DNA of 64,000 bases from Squalus acanthias (Eukaryota): positions 99,140,001 through 99,204,000 of the forward strand of contig CM059431.1 in assembly GCA_030390025.1 (NCBI GenBank), given 5' to 3'. The notes under the pieces are model-generated. The model did not search any database. It was not told where the DNA came from and worked only from the letters and a program-made list of their open reading frames with translations. Of the stretch, positions 63,118-64,000 are shown in pieces. A program made the position numbers and the translations under genes. Position 1 is the first letter of the stretch. Every line of letters starts with the position of its first letter.

Positions 63118-64000
63118 GAAATATCAAGAGTACAATAATATTTACTTCATACAAGCTGACTGAGTTGGTAGCTCGCCACTAATAACTTGTAAACAAAACA
63201 ATATTTATATTCAAGCACGGGACAAGTAAAGATCAGGGGTCAAATACAAAGATAAAAAACTGCAAATGATCGAAACTTGAAACAGAAAATGCTGGAAATA
63301 CACGGCAGGGTAGTCAGTACCCTGAAAGTGAAAGGAGAAGTTAATGTTTCCAATTAACTCTTTTTCAAAACTGAAAGATAAGAAAGCACTTTGATAGGAA
63401 CTGGAGGGGGAAAAAAAACCATCGTAAGGGGAGAATACAGCAGTCCGAAAGGCAATGGGGCGAATAATTAGGTTAGGATTGCTGGTAGGTAGGGAGTTAT
63501 GGGTAGGGTGAGGGTTTACGGGGAGGGATATGATTATGCGTAGGGATAGGGTTCGTTTTACTATGAATGGCCACATTTATTCCAGAAAGAGTCTAATTTG
63601 ATTGCATTGAGTGAAATATATAAGGGGTGAAATTCATCTTTGGCCTCGGTTAGACTCTTTACCCCCCCCCCACTTGATTTTCCTTTCCATCAACTTCCAT
63701 GAAAAGGAAATCGACCGAGGGGGGGGGGGGGAGGAGATGGAGTCTGCCACCACTAGTTCTGTGCCCCCGCCAGTTAATTTTCACTCCCATAGTCTCCTCC
63801 TCTTAATTCAGGGGATCCAAATGATTTAGCACAACATTCTCCCTTTGTTGCATTATTTACATTGCTTAATTAAAATGATTGTACTGGGTTGGTCAGATAT
63901 GAAAAGCCTGCATTCAGTGGACTTCAGGGCCAAAAATACAGACATGGGTAATTTTACCTCAGCTGGAGTATTGTGTCCAATTCTGGGCACCGCACTTTAG

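Noticed and set aside
63211..63576. 121-aa minus-strand ORF as the end of a neighbouring gene
   Set aside because: Overlaps degenerate repeat-like sequence; no recognisable domain.

Overview
Eukaryotic, transposon-dense genomic DNA. The CR1/L2/Penelope/Deu-type SINE repertoire suggests a cartilaginous fish (inference). The one clear host gene is PDZK1 (NHERF3, four-PDZ scaffold) on the + strand: 8 coding exons between 40619 and 60093 with GT-AG junctions and consistent phases, giving 1551 nt (516 aa plus stop). A candidate non-coding first exon/promoter lies at about 26.2 kb. The rest is mostly nested TEs. These include a near-intact PIF/Harbinger transposon (9965-14051; spliced Myb/SANT gene plus DDE transposase) and four related non-autonomous copies whose flanks share an AAACAC-NNN-GTGTTT-like target motif. 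There is a decayed hAT element carrying a transposase-derived minisatellite and an 820-bp Penelope-type fold-back with two minimal hammerhead ribozymes and a captured LINE RT fragment. Also present are a 1.68-kb TG..CA solo-LTR-like insertion with signals on both strands, a Penelope GIY-YIG fragment, many CR1/L2/RTE pieces, and SINE-internal tandem repeats. All calls were made by eye without database searches, so degraded-TE boundaries are approximate.
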